Below are positions 1-15,050 of a stretch of 64,000 nt of DNA, piece after piece (the stretch's first letter is position 1; every line of letters starts with the position of its first letter). The DNA is from Escherichia coli (GTDB taxonomy: Bacteria > Pseudomonadota > Gammaproteobacteria > Enterobacterales > Enterobacteriaceae). The stretch lies in the NCBI RefSeq assembly GCF_044324875.1, contig NZ_CP172185.1. One strand, 5' to 3'. The notes beneath the pieces were generated by a model. It was not told where the DNA came from and did no database searches. It saw nothing but the letters and a program-made list of their open reading frames with translations. Made by a program: the position numbers and the translations under genes.

Positions 1-430
1 AAGTTAATGGCACCTTACCGCTATGTAGGCTGTAGTCTTTACTCGCCTGGTTAAGCGGAATCAATATTTTCGCATCATCCAGAATCGCAATTGCCAGCCC
101 GCTGGCTGCATCCGTACCACTTTCAATGGACAGCATTTCGCTCTGCATTCCGTCGGGTGTTCCTGAAAAGGTAACGTCAACCGTGCTGACATCTGTTCCG
201 CAATCCTGCAAATTAATGATGAAAGATTTCTCCGGGCCATAGTTCCCATGAGAAAAACGTGTCAGCGAGACATCGCCTAACTGCACATTGATTTGCTTGC
301 TATCCTGTGCCAGCACGCATGTATTACGGCGAAACGATCCGCTGATGTTGACCGTGCCATCATGGGCAAATAGCTCACAACTCCCCGTTAAACCCAGTAA
401 GCACAGAATCCAGATTATCCGTTTCAACAT
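1..430 (-). CDS. ycbV: fimbrial-like protein YcbV (partial; 3' end lies beyond window start)
   Basis: Hand translation of minus strand from ATG at 428-430 gives MLKRIIWILCLLGLTGSCELFAHDGTVNISG... (signal peptide) with no stop down to position 1; sits directly downstream of ycbU as in the E. coli elf-ycbUVF cluster. The listed ORF 61..249 is in another frame. Confidence 0.7.
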   Translation of the reverse strand, partial: MLKRIIWILCLLGLTGSCELFAHDGTVNISGSFRRNTCVLAQDSKQINVQLGDVSLTRFSHGNYGPEKSFIINLQDCGTDVSTVDVTFSGTPDGMQSEMLSIESGTDAASGLAIAILDDAKILIPLNQASKDYSLHSGKVPLT

Positions 431-437
431 CACTCCT

Positions 438-980
438 TCACTGGTAAACCAGATCAAAATAGAGAACCGCCGTCGCATTACCGCCCGTAGCCCCCGCCTT
501 TGTGGACTTATAGCGAAGTTGATATTTGAGTGTGTTATCCCCCGCTTTTAAGGGCGTAAGAGGCTGGACCTGATTGAGCGGGATTTCTTGCTGACTTTGC
601 GCATCAAGAATTTGCACGGCAATCCCCGTTGCCATACCACCGCTTCCGCCTGTGTCAGTTAGTTTGAGTAGTGTCGGCGCAAGGGTGTCAGCCTCGCCGC
701 TAAAAAGGACGTCCGCGCCAGTAATACCAGCGGCACAACCGGTGATATCGATATTCAAATCAGCAGCTGTGCTTACGGTATTCGCAGCCTGAAAATCACT
801 GATATTAAAATCGCCAATATGAATATTTTGTAATGCGCTTTTGGTGGCAACATCACAGCCCTGATCGACCACATTACCATAAATATGCATACTGACTTGT
901 TCAGGCCCAGCCATCCCGACATGGGTGTTAAGAAAGCTAAAGAACAAGATAACGTACTGAAATATTGTTTTTTTCTTCAT
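438..980 (-). CDS. ycbU: fimbrial-like minor subunit
   Basis: 180 aa ORF with N-terminal signal peptide and fimbrial subunit-like C-terminus; position after elfG. Confidence 0.85.
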   Translation of the reverse strand: MKKKTIFQYVILFFSFLNTHVGMAGPEQVSMHIYGNVVDQGCDVATKSALQNIHIGDFNISDFQAANTVSTAADLNIDITGCAAGITGADVLFSGEADTLAPTLLKLTDTGGSGGMATGIAVQILDAQSQQEIPLNQVQPLTPLKAGDNTLKYQLRYKSTKAGATGGNATAVLYFDLVYQ

Positions 981-991
981 ACGTTCACGCG

Positions 992-4653
<3,662 letters not shown>

Positions 4654-4677
4654 CTCGCTCTCTTAACTGAAGACGGC

Positions 4678-5379
4678 TTACGATTTACAGTTGAGTTGCG
4701 GCGTTTCCGCCCCGTAGTCATTGATGGTTCGGTACGTTACGCTACTGTTTTGAGCACCCTTTGGCAGAGGGAATTGGTATTTATCAAAGGGGGAAATCAT
4801 TTGATTTTTAACTACTTTTCCACCTATTTTCAGGTCTGTCAGGGTAATGAAATAAGGTGTTGGGTTACTGACCGTAACCATGTCAGCTGACGAAGTGCAA
4901 CGCAGTTTCGCCGGAGCCTCGGCTAAGGGATACGCTAAACCTTTTGGTCGCCAGAAAAGTTTGATGACGCTTTGTGTGGCAATCTTCAGGGTATTGCCTT
5001 CTTCCCGCTTCGTTGTTGAAGGGACTGCCCGTACGCTGGTGAAGAAAAGAGTTTCTCTGTCTTTCGCCAACGGCGCGCCAATGTACATAATGCGTAACAA
5101 ATTCTCGTTTGCCGGATTCAGCACAAATAGCGGTGGTGTAATAATAAAGTCCGCTGATTTTTTATTATCTGGTGTCATCACCCATGACTGAATAAGATAA
5201 GGAACATCCGGACTGGTGTTACGTACACCCAGTGAAATTTGCTCTTCACCTTCCGAATAAACAAGACGTGTTGCTGCAAGTCCGACCCCACCTTTACCTG
5301 CCGCCCATGTGAACGAACAGCTGAGTAATATTGCCGTTAAACTTACGGTCACAATTCCCTTTGTTATGCAAGTTTTCAT
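4678..5379 (-). CDS. elfD: periplasmic fimbrial chaperone (PapD-like)
   Basis: 233 aa, signal peptide, chaperone-like sequence. Confidence 0.9.
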   Translation of the reverse strand: MKTCITKGIVTVSLTAILLSCSFTWAAGKGGVGLAATRLVYSEGEEQISLGVRNTSPDVPYLIQSWVMTPDNKKSADFIITPPLFVLNPANENLLRIMYIGAPLAKDRETLFFTSVRAVPSTTKREEGNTLKIATQSVIKLFWRPKGLAYPLAEAPAKLRCTSSADMVTVSNPTPYFITLTDLKIGGKVVKNQMISPFDKYQFPLPKGAQNSSVTYRTINDYGAETPQLNCKS

Positions 5380-5408
5380 AAATAGTCACTCTTAAAAAAT
5401 ATGGATAT

Positions 5409-5431
5409 CCCCTCCAGAACACTGGAGGGGG
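5409..5431 (-). terminator. GC-rich hairpin between elfA and elfD (intra-operon attenuator/terminator)
   Basis: Inverted repeat cccctccag...ctggagggg followed on the minus strand by a U-rich run; typical position after a major fimbrial subunit gene. Confidence 0.5.
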
Positions 5432-5461
5432 ACTAATTAATAAAACAATTAATGTGTTCTA

Positions 5462-6004
5462 TTAATAATAGTTAATATGAAAATCCGTTACCGCATTAAC
5501 ATTACCTGAAGTCGCTTTACCCGTAGCGATATAATCAACTTTAAAAGTCACTGTTTGCTCAGCGGAATCCGCTAACTGAATATTCGACGTTTCAATACCG
5601 GGAGTTACCGATGTAGAACCATCTGGCAGATACATTTGTAGAGCAACATTCGTCGCTGCATCGGTGGAAGCCTGGTTGGCAAATGCTGTAGGTTGCACTC
5701 CGTCAGCCGTACCACTGAAGGTAAAAGTCGCATTTTTAGTTACAGTAACATCACAGCCTTCTAAGGCAATTGGTACATCAGTTTTAACGCCAGAGACTGC
5801 ACCATTAGTTTGCAACTTGGTGGCGCTGACATTTGGCAATGTGACTACTGAATCTTTGGTCGCAGCTACCAGCGAACAAGCTGGAGCAATGACTTTACCA
5901 TTAAATGTTACTTTGCCATCCGTGATAGCATTATCATCAGCCGCCATAGCACTGGACGTTGCACATACCACAGTTATAAACGCCGTCAATACACTTTTTT
6001 TCAT
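5462..6004 (-). CDS. elfA: major fimbrial subunit ElfA
   Basis: ORF 5462..6013; preferred start MKKSVLTAFITVVCATSSAMA (signal peptide), alternative start 9 nt upstream. Confidence 0.85.
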   Translation of the reverse strand: MKKSVLTAFITVVCATSSAMAADDNAITDGKVTFNGKVIAPACSLVAATKDSVVTLPNVSATKLQTNGAVSGVKTDVPIALEGCDVTVTKNATFTFSGTADGVQPTAFANQASTDAATNVALQMYLPDGSTSVTPGIETSNIQLADSAEQTVTFKVDYIATGKATSGNVNAVTDFHINYY

Positions 6005-6360
6005 CGTTATCATCCTGATTTTTTCGTAAATATGATAATGCCTTTAAATGACATTGGACTTAATAATAACAACAATTGTCCGCCATTTAAATCAAGCATC
6101 CTTAATCCAATAAGTGACAAATCTTTAATTTATAGATTTCATGAATATTTTCTTATTACCTGAATGAGTAATTCATTGATTCAACATCGACTGAATATCC
6201 AATAAATAAATACACGTGATACATATCCCTCAATCCTTAGTTCATTTTTAGAAAAAGATACACAAAATTTATATTTGGCATTTTCTTGTCTCTCCGACAG
6301 ACTGACCGAATTGTTATCAATGTTAACAAAAAAAAGAACAATTGGTTATAAGGAGAGAGT

Positions 6361-6936
6361 ATGCGTGTCATCACCCTGGCGGGTAGTCCTCGCTTTCCTT
6401 CTCGCTCCAGCTCCTTGCTGGAATATGCGCGGGAAAAACTGAATGGCCTGGATGTAGAGGTTTATCACTGGAATCTGCAAAACTTTGCCCCGGAAGATCT
6501 GCTTTATGCTCGTTTCGATAGTCCGGCACTCAAGACCTTCACCGAACAGCTGCAACAGGCTGATGGACTGATAGTCGCTACACCTGTGTATAAAGCCGCC
6601 TATTCCGGCGCGCTGAAAACCCTGCTCGACCTGCTCCCAGAGCGCGCTTTGCAAGGCAAAGTGGTGCTGCCGCTGGCGACAGGCGGCACGGTGGCTCATC
6701 TTTTGGCGGTCGATTACGCCCTTAAACCAGTTTTAAGTGCGCTGAAAGCCCAGGAGATCCTGCACGGCGTGTTTGCCGATGACTCACAGGTGATTGATTA
6801 CCACCACAAGCCGCAGTTCACGCCGAATTTACAAACCCGTCTTGATACCGCGCTAGAAACTTTCTGGCAGGCATTGCACCGTCGGGATGTTCAGGTTCCT
6901 GACCTTCTGTCTCTGCGAGGTAATGCCCATGCGTAA
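6361..6936 (+). CDS. ssuE: NADPH-dependent FMN reductase
   Basis: 191 aa; first gene of ssuEADCB. Confidence 0.9.
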   Translation: MRVITLAGSPRFPSRSSSLLEYAREKLNGLDVEVYHWNLQNFAPEDLLYARFDSPALKTFTEQLQQADGLIVATPVYKAAYSGALKTLLDLLPERALQGKVVLPLATGGTVAHLLAVDYALKPVLSALKAQEILHGVFADDSQVIDYHHKPQFTPNLQTRLDTALETFWQALHRRDVQVPDLLSLRGNAHA

Positions 6937-7888
6937 GATCATTAAACTGGCGCTGGCGGGATTGCTTAGCGTCTCTACACTTGCTGTTGCCGCGGAGTCT
7001 TCGCCAGAGGCGTTACGGATTGGCTATCAGAAAAGCAACATCAGTTCGGTGCTGGCGAAAAATTACCAAATGCTGGAAAAACGCTATCCGCAAACAAAAA
7101 TCTCCTGGGTGGAGTTCCCGGCTGGCCCGCAGATGCTGGAGGCACTGAACGTCGGTAGTATCGATCTGGGTAGTACGGGAGATATTCCGCCAATCTTTGC
7201 TCAGGCCGCCGGGGCTGATTTGCTGTATGTGGGTGTCGAGCCACCGAAGCCCAAAGCCGAAGTGATTCTGGTGGCAGAAAATAGCCCGATCAAAACCGTA
7301 GCCGATCTTAAAGGTCACAAAGTTGCCTTTCAGAAAGGTTCCAGTTCGCACAATCTTTTACTACGCGCACTACGCCAGGCCGGGCTTAAGTTTACCGATA
7401 TACAACCCACTTACCTGACACCCGCTGATGCCCGCGCCGCGTTCCAGCTAGGTAACGTTGACGCCTGGGCTATCTGGGATCCCTACTACTCCGCTGCATT
7501 ATTACAGGGCGGCGTGCGGGTGTTGAAAGACGGCACCGATCTCAATCAAACCGGATCGTTTTATCTGGCAGCCCGTCCGTATGCAGAAAAAAACGGCGCA
7601 GTTATTCAGGGTGTACTGGCAACCTTTAGTGAGGCCGATGCGTTAACCCGCAGCCAGCGCGAGCAAAGCATCGCCTTATTGGCAAAAACGATGGGCTTAC
7701 CGGCCCCGGTGATTGCCTCGTATCTGGATCATCGCCCTCCCACCACCATCAAACCGGTTAACGCCGAAGTTGCCGCCTTACAGCAGCAAACGGCAGATCT
7801 GTTTTATGAAAACCGTCTGGTGCCGAAAAAAGTCGATATTCGCCAGCGTATCTGGCAGCCCACTCAACTGGAAGGAAAACAATTATGA
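6929..7888 (+). CDS. ssuA: aliphatic sulfonate ABC transporter substrate-binding protein
   Basis: Start taken at [21 protein letters not shown] (signal peptide) inside listed ORF 6887..7888; 319 aa. Confidence 0.9.
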   Translation: MRKIIKLALAGLLSVSTLAVAAESSPEALRIGYQKSNISSVLAKNYQMLEKRYPQTKISWVEFPAGPQMLEALNVGSIDLGSTGDIPPIFAQAAGADLLYVGVEPPKPKAEVILVAENSPIKTVADLKGHKVAFQKGSSSHNLLLRALRQAGLKFTDIQPTYLTPADARAAFQLGNVDAWAIWDPYYSAALLQGGVRVLKDGTDLNQTGSFYLAARPYAEKNGAVIQGVLATFSEADALTRSQREQSIALLAKTMGLPAPVIASYLDHRPPTTIKPVNAEVAALQQQTADLFYENRLVPKKVDIRQRIWQPTQLEGKQL

Positions 7889-9030
7889 GTCTGAATATGT
7901 TCTGGTTTTTACCGACCCACGGTGACGGGCATTATCTGGGAACGGAAGAAGGTTCACGCCCGGTTGATCACGGTTATCTGCAACAAATTGCGCAAGCGGC
8001 GGATCGCCTGGGCTATACCGGTGTGCTGATCCCAACGGGGCGCTCCTGCGAAGATGCGTGGCTGGTTGCCGCGTCGATGATCCCGGTGACGCAACGGCTG
8101 AAGTTTCTTGTCGCCCTGCGTCCCAGCGTAACCTCACCTACCGTTGCCGCCCGCCAGGCCGCCACGCTTGACCGTCTCTCGAATGGTCGTGCGTTGTTTA
8201 ATCTGGTCACAGGCAGCGATCCACAAGAGCTGGCAGGCGACGGCGTGTTCCTTGATCATAGCGAGCGCTACGAAGCCTCGGCGGAATTTACCCAGGTCTG
8301 GCGGCGCTTATTGCTGGGGGAAACCGTCAATTTCAACGGTAAACATATTCATGTGCGCGGAGCCAAACTGCTCTTCCCGCCGATTCAACAGCCGTATCCT
8401 CCGCTTTACTTTGGCGGATCGTCAGATGTCGCCCAGGAGCTGGCGGCAGAACAAGTTGATCTCTACCTCACCTGGGGCGAACCGCCGGAACTGGTTAAAG
8501 AGAAAATCGAACAAGTGCGGGCGAAAGCTGCCGCGCATGGACGCAAAATTCGTTTCGGTATTCGTCTGCATGTGATTGTTCGTGAAACCAACGACGAAGC
8601 GTGGCAGGCCGCCGAGCGGTTAATCTCGAATCTTGATGATGAGACTATCGCCAAAGCACAAGCCGCATTCGCCCGGACGGATTCCGTAGGACAACAGCGA
8701 ATGGCGGCGCTACATAACGGCAAGCGCGACAATCTGGAGATCAGCCCCAATTTATGGGCGGGTGTTGGCTTAGTGCGCGGCGGTGCCGGGACGGCACTGG
8801 TGGGCGATGGTCCGACGGTCGCTGCGCGAATCAACGAATACGCTGCACTTGGCATCGACAGTTTTGTGCTTTCGGGCTACCCGCATCTGGAAGAAGCGTA
8901 TCGGGTTGGCGAATTGCTGTTCCCGCATCTGGATGTCGCCATCCCGGAAATTCCGAAGCCGCAGCCGCTGAATCCGCAAGGCGAAGCGGTGGCAAATGAT
9001 TTTATCCCCCGTAAAGCCGCGCAAAGCTAA
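7885..9030 (+). CDS. ssuD: FMNH2-dependent alkanesulfonate monooxygenase
   Basis: 381 aa; 4-nt overlap with ssuA stop. Confidence 0.92.
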   Translation: MSLNMFWFLPTHGDGHYLGTEEGSRPVDHGYLQQIAQAADRLGYTGVLIPTGRSCEDAWLVAASMIPVTQRLKFLVALRPSVTSPTVAARQAATLDRLSNGRALFNLVTGSDPQELAGDGVFLDHSERYEASAEFTQVWRRLLLGETVNFNGKHIHVRGAKLLFPPIQQPYPPLYFGGSSDVAQELAAEQVDLYLTWGEPPELVKEKIEQVRAKAAAHGRKIRFGIRLHVIVRETNDEAWQAAERLISNLDDETIAKAQAAFARTDSVGQQRMAALHNGKRDNLEISPNLWAGVGLVRGGAGTALVGDGPTVAARINEYAALGIDSFVLSGYPHLEEAYRVGELLFPHLDVAIPEIPKPQPLNPQGEAVANDFIPRKAAQS

Positions 9031-9040
9031 GGAATAAATA

Positions 9041-9832
9041 ATGGCAACGCCAGTGAAGAAGTGGTTATTGCGCGTTGCCCCCTGGTTTTTACCGGTGGGC
9101 ATCGTGGCGGTGTGGCAACTGGCCTCCTCAGTTGGCTGGCTGTCGACGCGTATTTTGCCCTCTCCGGAAGGAGTGGTGACGGCGTTCTGGACGCTCTCCG
9201 CCAGCGGCGAATTGTGGCAGCATCTGGCGATCAGCTCCTGGCGGGCGTTGATTGGCTTTTCAATTGGCGGATCGCTGGGGTTGATTTTGGGACTGATTAG
9301 CGGGCTATCTCGCTGGGGAGAACGGCTGCTGGATACCTCCATTCAGATGTTGCGTAACGTGCCGCATCTGGCGCTGATCCCGCTGGTGATTTTGTGGTTT
9401 GGCATTGATGAATCCGCAAAAATCTTTCTGGTGGCGCTCGGCACGCTATTCCCCATTTATATCAACACCTGGCACGGCATCCGTAATATCGATCGCGGTC
9501 TGGTGGAAATGGCGCGTAGCTATGGATTATCCGGCATCCCGCTGTTTATCCATGTGATCCTGCCTGGTGCCCTGCCCTCCATTATGGTCGGCGTGCGTTT
9601 TGCGTTGGGCCTGATGTGGCTGACGCTGATTGTTGCCGAAACCATTTCTGCCAATTCCGGCATTGGTTATCTGGCGATGAATGCGCGGGAGTTTCTGCAA
9701 ACGGACGTGGTGGTTGTCGCCATTATTCTTTACGCCCTGCTCGGCAAACTTGCTGACGTCAGCGCGCAGCTGTTAGAGCGCCTCTGGTTGCGCTGGAACC
9801 CGGCTTATCATTTGAAGGAGGCCACGGTATGA
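9041..9832 (+). CDS. ssuC: aliphatic sulfonate ABC transporter permease
   Basis: 263 aa hydrophobic permease-like ORF. Confidence 0.9.
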   Translation: MATPVKKWLLRVAPWFLPVGIVAVWQLASSVGWLSTRILPSPEGVVTAFWTLSASGELWQHLAISSWRALIGFSIGGSLGLILGLISGLSRWGERLLDTSIQMLRNVPHLALIPLVILWFGIDESAKIFLVALGTLFPIYINTWHGIRNIDRGLVEMARSYGLSGIPLFIHVILPGALPSIMVGVRFALGLMWLTLIVAETISANSGIGYLAMNAREFLQTDVVVVAIILYALLGKLADVSAQLLERLWLRWNPAYHLKEATV

Positions 9833-10596
9833 ATACTGCTCGTCTGAACCAGGGCACACCATTGTTGCTCAATGCAGTAAGCAAACATTACGCGGAAAAT
9901 ATCGTCCTGAACCAACTGGATTTACATATTCCGGCTGGTCAGTTTGTGGCGGTGGTGGGCCGCAGCGGTGGTGGCAAAAGTACCCTGCTGCGCCTGCTGG
10001 CAGGTCTGGAAACGCCAACCGCTGGCGATGTGTTAGCGGGCACCACACCGCTGGCTGAAATTCAGGAAGACACGCGAATGATGTTTCAGGATGCGCGTCT
10101 GCTGCCGTGGAAATCGGTGATTGATAACGTTGGGTTAGGCCTTAAAGGCCAGTGGCGCGATGCCGCGCGTCGGGCGTTGGCTGCAGTAGGACTGGAGAAT
10201 CGCGCGGGGGAATGGCCTGCCGCACTTTCTGGCGGGCAGAAACAGCGTGTGGCGCTGGCAAGAGCGTTGATTCATCGACCGGGTTTATTATTGCTTGATG
10301 AACCGCTCGGGGCGCTGGACGCCTTAACGCGACTCGAGATGCAGGATTTGATTGTGTCACTTTGGCAGGAGCACGACTTTACCGTACTGTTGGTGACGCA
10401 TGATGTGAGCGAAGCGGTAGCAATGGCTGACCGGGTGTTGTTAATTGAAGAGGGAAAAATTGGTCTGGATTTGACGGTGGATATCCCCCGTCCGCGCCGG
10501 TTAGGGTCGGTGCGATTAGCGGAGCTGGAAGCGGAAGTGTTGCAACGGGTGATGCAGCGTGGGCACTCTGAACAACCGATTCGGCGTCATGGTTAA
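9829..10596 (+). CDS. ssuB: aliphatic sulfonate ABC transporter ATP-binding protein
   Basis: 255 aa with Walker A (GRSGGGKST) and ABC signature (LSGGQKQR). Confidence 0.92.
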   Translation: MNTARLNQGTPLLLNAVSKHYAENIVLNQLDLHIPAGQFVAVVGRSGGGKSTLLRLLAGLETPTAGDVLAGTTPLAEIQEDTRMMFQDARLLPWKSVIDNVGLGLKGQWRDAARRALAAVGLENRAGEWPAALSGGQKQRVALARALIHRPGLLLLDEPLGALDALTRLEMQDLIVSLWQEHDFTVLLVTHDVSEAVAMADRVLLIEEGKIGLDLTVDIPRPRRLGSVRLAELEAEVLQRVMQRGHSEQPIRRHG

Positions 10597-10599
10597 TAT

Positions 10600-10800
10600 G
10601 CCGGATGTGGCGCACAAAACCAGCAGTTTCAACGGATTGTAGGCCTGATAAGACGCGTCAAGCGTCGCATCAGGCATTTGGGCACGGCTGCCGGATGCGG
10701 CGTGAACGCCTTATCCAGCCTACAAAACCAGCATTTTCAACGGACTTGTAGGCCTGACAAGACGCGTCAAGCGTCGCATCCGGCATTTTGGCTCAAAAGT
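10600..10800. repeat. REP/BIME cluster (two ~100-bp near-identical units with REP palindromes)
   Basis: Two copies of ...gccggatg(c/t)ggcg...ttcaacgga(c)ttgtaggcctga(t/c)aagacgcgtcaagcgtcgcatc(a/c)ggca... containing the characteristic REP palindrome, between convergent ssuB and pepN. Confidence 0.8.
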
Positions 10801-10801
10801 A

Positions 10802-13414
10802 TCAAGCCAGTGCTTTAGTTATCTTCTCGTACAGATCGCCAGAGAGATTTTCCAGCCCTTTCAACTGCTCCAGCGCCGCGCGCATTTTCTCCTGACGTTT
10901 GGCATCGTAACGCTTCAGGCGAATCAGCGGTTCAATCAGACGTGAAGCCACCTGCGGGTTACGGCTGTTGAGATCGGTTAGCATTTCCACCAGGAACTGG
11001 TAACCGCTGCCATCTTCGGCATGGAACGCTGCCGGGTTGCTGCCCGCAAACGCACCAATCAACGAACGAATACGGTTCGGGTTGCTCATGGTAAATGAGC
11101 GATGCTGCAACAGGCCACGCACCGTCTCCAGCACATTCGCCGCCGGGCTGGTGGCTTGCAGGATAAACCATTTATCCATCACCAGACCATCCTGATGCCA
11201 CTTGTCGTCGTACTCCTGCATCAGCGCGTCACGGCAAGGCAGCTGTGCAGCAACCGCCGCAGAAAGCGCTGCCAGCGCATCGGTCATATTGTTTGCTTCA
11301 TGGTATTGCTTGCTCACCAGCACGTCAGCCAGATGCGTTTCACCAAAAGCAAGGAAGCGCAGGCAGGCATTACGCAGAGTGCGTTTTGCAATATCTTCAT
11401 GCTCAACACGGTACTCGCTCTGGTAATTCGCGTTGTAAATAGCCAGTAGCTCATCCGCCAGTTCAGTCGCCAGAGTACGAGTGAGTGCTTCGCGTACTTC
11501 AGCAATAGCAATCGGGTCGATGATATCGAACAGTTCTGCCATTTCATTGACGGAAGGCAGCGTCAGGATTTCTGCCGCCAGTGCCGGATCAATCTTCTCA
11601 TCAAGCAGTACCGCGCGGAAAGCATCAGCCACATGCACCGGCAGAGACAGCGGCTGACCTTGCTGATGACGCGCGACGTTCAGCTTGATGTAGGTTGCCA
11701 GCAGGCTTTGCGCCGCATCCCAGCGGGAGAAATCATTACGCGCATGACGCATCAGGAAGGTCAGTTGCTGATCGCTCCACTTATATTCCAGTTTCACTGG
11801 CGCAGAGAATTCGCACAGCAGCGCAGGCACCGGCTGGAAGTAGACATTATCAAAGACAAAGGTCTGTTCCGCCTGGGTGACGTTCAGCACCGAATTGACC
11901 GGATGACCGCCTTTCTGCAACGGGATCACTTTGCCTTCGTTATCATACAGTTCGATGGCAAACGGAATATGCAGCGGCTGTTTTTCTGCCTGATCCGGCG
12001 TAGCAGGCGTACGCTGGCTGATGGTCAGGGTGTACTGCTCGGTTTCCGGATTATAGTCGTCTTTGACGGTCACAACCGGCGTACCGGACTGGCTGTACCA
12101 ACGGCGGAAATGAGAGAGATCGACATTTGACGCATCTTCCATTGCCTGAACAAAATCGTCGCAGGTTGCCGCGCTGCCATCATGGCGCTCGAAATAAAGC
12201 TGCATCCCTTTCTGGAAGTTTTCTTCGCCCAGCAGGGTGTGGATCATGCGAATCACTTCCGCGCCCTTCTCGTAAACGGTCAGGGTGTAGAAGTTGTTCA
12301 TCTCAATGACCATATCCGGGCGGATCGGGTGCGCCATCGGGCTGGCGTCTTCTGCAAACTGCAATCCGCGCATGGTGCGCACATTATTGATGCGGTTAAC
12401 TGCGCGGGAACCAAGGTCAGAGCTGAACTCCTGATCGCGGAAGACGGTTAAACCTTCTTTCAGGCTGAGCTGGAACCAGTCGCGGCAAGTCACACGGTTA
12501 CCGGTCCAGTTATGGAAATATTCATGGCCGATAACACGCTCAATATCGAGGTAATCTTTATCGGTGGCGGTGTCGGTACGGGCCAGCACATATTTGGAGT
12601 TAAAGATATTCAGACCTTTATTCTCCATTGCGCCCATATTGAAGAAATCCACCGCGACGATCATATAGATGTCGAGGTCATACTCCAGGCCGAAGCGTTC
12701 TTCATCCCATTTCATGGAGTTTTTCAGCGAGGTCATCGCCCACGGCGCACGATCAAGGTTGCCGCGATCGACGTACAGCTCCAGCGCAACTTCGCGACCA
12801 GAACGCGTGGTGAAGGTGTCGCGCAGCACGTCGAAGTCGCCTGCCACCAGCGCAAACAGGTAGCACGGTTTCGGGAACGGGTCCTGCCACTGTACCCAGT
12901 GACGTCCGTTTTCCAGTTCGCCTTGCGCAACGCGGTTACCGTTGGAAAGCAGGAAGGGATATTTGGTTTTATCGGCAATAATTTTGGTGGTAAAACGCGC
13001 CAGCACGTCCGGGCGGTCAAGATAATACGTAATATGGCGGAAACCTTCGGCTTCACACTGAGTGCAAAGCGCATCGCCTGACTGATAAAGCCCTTCCAGC
13101 GCGGTATTCGTCGCCGGGCTAATTTCATTAACGATCTTAAGCGTAAAACGCTCCGGCAAATTACTGATGACCAGTGCGCCCTCTTCTTCTTTCCAGGCGG
13201 TCCACGGCTCATCATTAATATGAACAGAAACCAGTTTAAGATCTTCGCCATCAAGACGAAGCGGAGCATCTGATGCACCATGACGGACAGCCTGGCTGAC
13301 CGCGGTAACGACCGTCTTTTGCGCGTCCAGGTCAAAGGTCAAGTCAATATCAGTAATCTGGTAATCCGGCGCACGATAATCGTGACGGTATTTGGCTTGT
13401 GGCTGTTGAGTCAT
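10802..13414 (-). CDS. pepN: aminopeptidase N
   Basis: 870 aa; zinc-binding HEYFHNWTGN and downstream E motif present. Confidence 0.95.
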   Translation of the reverse strand: MTQQPQAKYRHDYRAPDYQITDIDLTFDLDAQKTVVTAVSQAVRHGASDAPLRLDGEDLKLVSVHINDEPWTAWKEEEGALVISNLPERFTLKIVNEISPATNTALEGLYQSGDALCTQCEAEGFRHITYYLDRPDVLARFTTKIIADKTKYPFLLSNGNRVAQGELENGRHWVQWQDPFPKPCYLFALVAGDFDVLRDTFTTRSGREVALELYVDRGNLDRAPWAMTSLKNSMKWDEERFGLEYDLDIYMIVAVDFFNMGAMENKGLNIFNSKYVLARTDTATDKDYLDIERVIGHEYFHNWTGNRVTCRDWFQLSLKEGLTVFRDQEFSSDLGSRAVNRINNVRTMRGLQFAEDASPMAHPIRPDMVIEMNNFYTLTVYEKGAEVIRMIHTLLGEENFQKGMQLYFERHDGSAATCDDFVQAMEDASNVDLSHFRRWYSQSGTPVVTVKDDYNPETEQYTLTISQRTPATPDQAEKQPLHIPFAIELYDNEGKVIPLQKGGHPVNSVLNVTQAEQTFVFDNVYFQPVPALLCEFSAPVKLEYKWSDQQLTFLMRHARNDFSRWDAAQSLLATYIKLNVARHQQGQPLSLPVHVADAFRAVLLDEKIDPALAAEILTLPSVNEMAELFDIIDPIAIAEVREALTRTLATELADELLAIYNANYQSEYRVEHEDIAKRTLRNACLRFLAFGETHLADVLVSKQYHEANNMTDALAALSAAVAAQLPCRDALMQEYDDKWHQDGLVMDKWFILQATSPAANVLETVRGLLQHRSFTMSNPNRIRSLIGAFAGSNPAAFHAEDGSGYQFLVEMLTDLNSRNPQVASRLIEPLIRLKRYDAKRQEKMRAALEQLKGLENLSGDLYEKITKALA

Positions 13415-13632
13415 AAATAACCTTTAGCATCTTTTATAGAGTCTGGTGTTCAGTCTATTCCTGTTGCGTAAATCGCGCTATGCAGAATCTTCATCTTTTC
13501 AGGTACAAACGCCTTTATTGCTACATTTTTATAACATACACCGCGTAATGCCATCGACCAGAAAGGTGGCATATGGTGTGATCGGGGTTCAATAAATTGC
13601 GAAACAAGGTATACTCCAGCAGTTCCTGAAGA

Positions 13633-13650
13633 TGTTTATTGTACTAAACG
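13633..13650 (+). promoter_or_regulatory. candidate NadR operator (TGTTTA-N6-TAAACg palindrome) upstream of pncB
   Basis: tgtttattgtactaaacg lies about 30 bp upstream of the pncB ATG; NadR is known to repress pncB; consensus is recalled from memory. Confidence 0.35.
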
Positions 13651-13679
13651 CTCCTGTACGAGGACGCTACTGCGCACCT

Positions 13680-14882
13680 ATGACACAATTCGCTTCTCCT
13701 GTTCTGCACTCGTTGCTGGATACAGATGCTTATAAGTTGCATATGCAGCAAGCCGTGTTTCATCACTATTACGATGTGCATGTCGCGGCGGAGTTTCGTT
13801 GCCGAGGTGACGATCTGCTGGGTATTTATGCCGATGCTATTCGTGAACAGGTTCAGGCGATGCAGCACCTGCGCCTGCAGGATGATGAATATCAATGGCT
13901 CTCAGCCCTGCCTTTCTTTAAGGCCGACTATCTTAACTGGCTACGCGAGTTCCGCTTTAACCCGGAACAAGTCACCGTGTCCAACGATAATGGCAAGCTG
14001 GATATTCGTTTAAGCGGCCCGTGGCGTGAAGTCATCCTCTGGGAAGTTCCTTTGCTGGCGGTTATCAGTGAAATGGTACATCGCTATCGCTCACCGCAGG
14101 CCGACGTTGCGCAAGCCCTCGACACGCTGGAAAGCAAATTAGCCGATTTCTCGGCATTAACCGCCGGTCTTGATATGTCGCGCTTCCATCTGATGGATTT
14201 TGGCACCCGCCGACGTTTTTCTCGTGAAGTACAAGAAACCATCGTGAAACGTCTGCAACAGGAATCCTGGTTCGTGGGCACCAGCAACTACGATCTGGCG
14301 CGTCGGCTTTCCCTCACGCCAATGGGAACACAAGCACACGAATGGTTCCAGGCGCATCAGCAAATCAGTCCGGATCTTGCCAACAGCCAGCGAGCTGCAC
14401 TTGCTGCCTGGCTGGAAGAATATCCCGACCAACTTGGCATTGCATTAACCGACTGCATCACTATGGATGCTTTCCTGCGTGATTTCGGTGTCGAGTTCGC
14501 CAGTCGCTATCAGGGCCTGCGTCATGACTCCGGCGACCCGGTTGAATGGGGTGAAAAAGCCATTGCACATTATGAGAAGCTGGGAATTGATCCACAGAGT
14601 AAAACGCTGGTTTTCTCTGACAATCTGGATTTACGCAAAGCGGTTGAGCTATACCGCCACTTCTCTTCCCGCGTGCAATTAAGTTTTGGTATTGGGACTC
14701 GCCTGACCTGCGATATCCCCCAGGTAAAACCCCTGAATATTGTCATTAAGTTGGTAGAGTGTAACGGTAAACCGGTGGCGAAACTTTCTGACAGCCCTGG
14801 CAAAACTATCTGCCATGATAAAGCGTTTGTTCGGGCGCTGCGCAAAGCGTTCGACCTTCCGCATATTAAAAAAGCCAGTTAA
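13680..14882 (+). CDS. pncB: nicotinate phosphoribosyltransferase
   Basis: Start taken at [25 protein letters not shown] inside listed ORF 13632..14882; 400 aa. Confidence 0.92.
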   Translation: MTQFASPVLHSLLDTDAYKLHMQQAVFHHYYDVHVAAEFRCRGDDLLGIYADAIREQVQAMQHLRLQDDEYQWLSALPFFKADYLNWLREFRFNPEQVTVSNDNGKLDIRLSGPWREVILWEVPLLAVISEMVHRYRSPQADVAQALDTLESKLADFSALTAGLDMSRFHLMDFGTRRRFSREVQETIVKRLQQESWFVGTSNYDLARRLSLTPMGTQAHEWFQAHQQISPDLANSQRAALAAWLEEYPDQLGIALTDCITMDAFLRDFGVEFASRYQGLRHDSGDPVEWGEKAIAHYEKLGIDPQSKTLVFSDNLDLRKAVELYRHFSSRVQLSFGIGTRLTCDIPQVKPLNIVIKLVECNGKPVAKLSDSPGKTICHDKAFVRALRKAFDLPHIKKAS

Positions 14883-15050
14883 TATCATCAGGGAGCTAAT
14901 CGGCTCCCTTTTTTTACCTTTAATTCCGAAATCTTTCGCTGCATTTGCGAATTCTGCTTGTCTGATTGCAGATGCCAGGTAACATAGGTATCCCCCCATT
15001 TACGGGTGGACAAGTGTTTATTTTTTCCGACTATTAACAGAGAGAATATT

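Noticed and set aside
61-249. Listed 62-aa ORF near the window start
   Set aside because: Lies inside and out of frame with the partial ycbV coding sequence, which reads open from 430 down to position 1.
6887-6928. N-terminal extensions of listed ORFs (ssuA, pncB 13632, asnS 15006, focA 50645, pflA 54178, ycaM to 56777, dmsC to 59846, ycaI to 41043)
   Set aside because: The extensions lack signal-peptide or conserved N-terminal sequence; internal starts give the canonical protein lengths, so the longer ORFs are upstream in-frame read-through, not alternative proteins.
10597-10800. Possible CRISPR array given the two direct repeats
   Set aside because: Only two units, with internal palindromic REP structure and no unique spacers or cas genes; it is a BIME.
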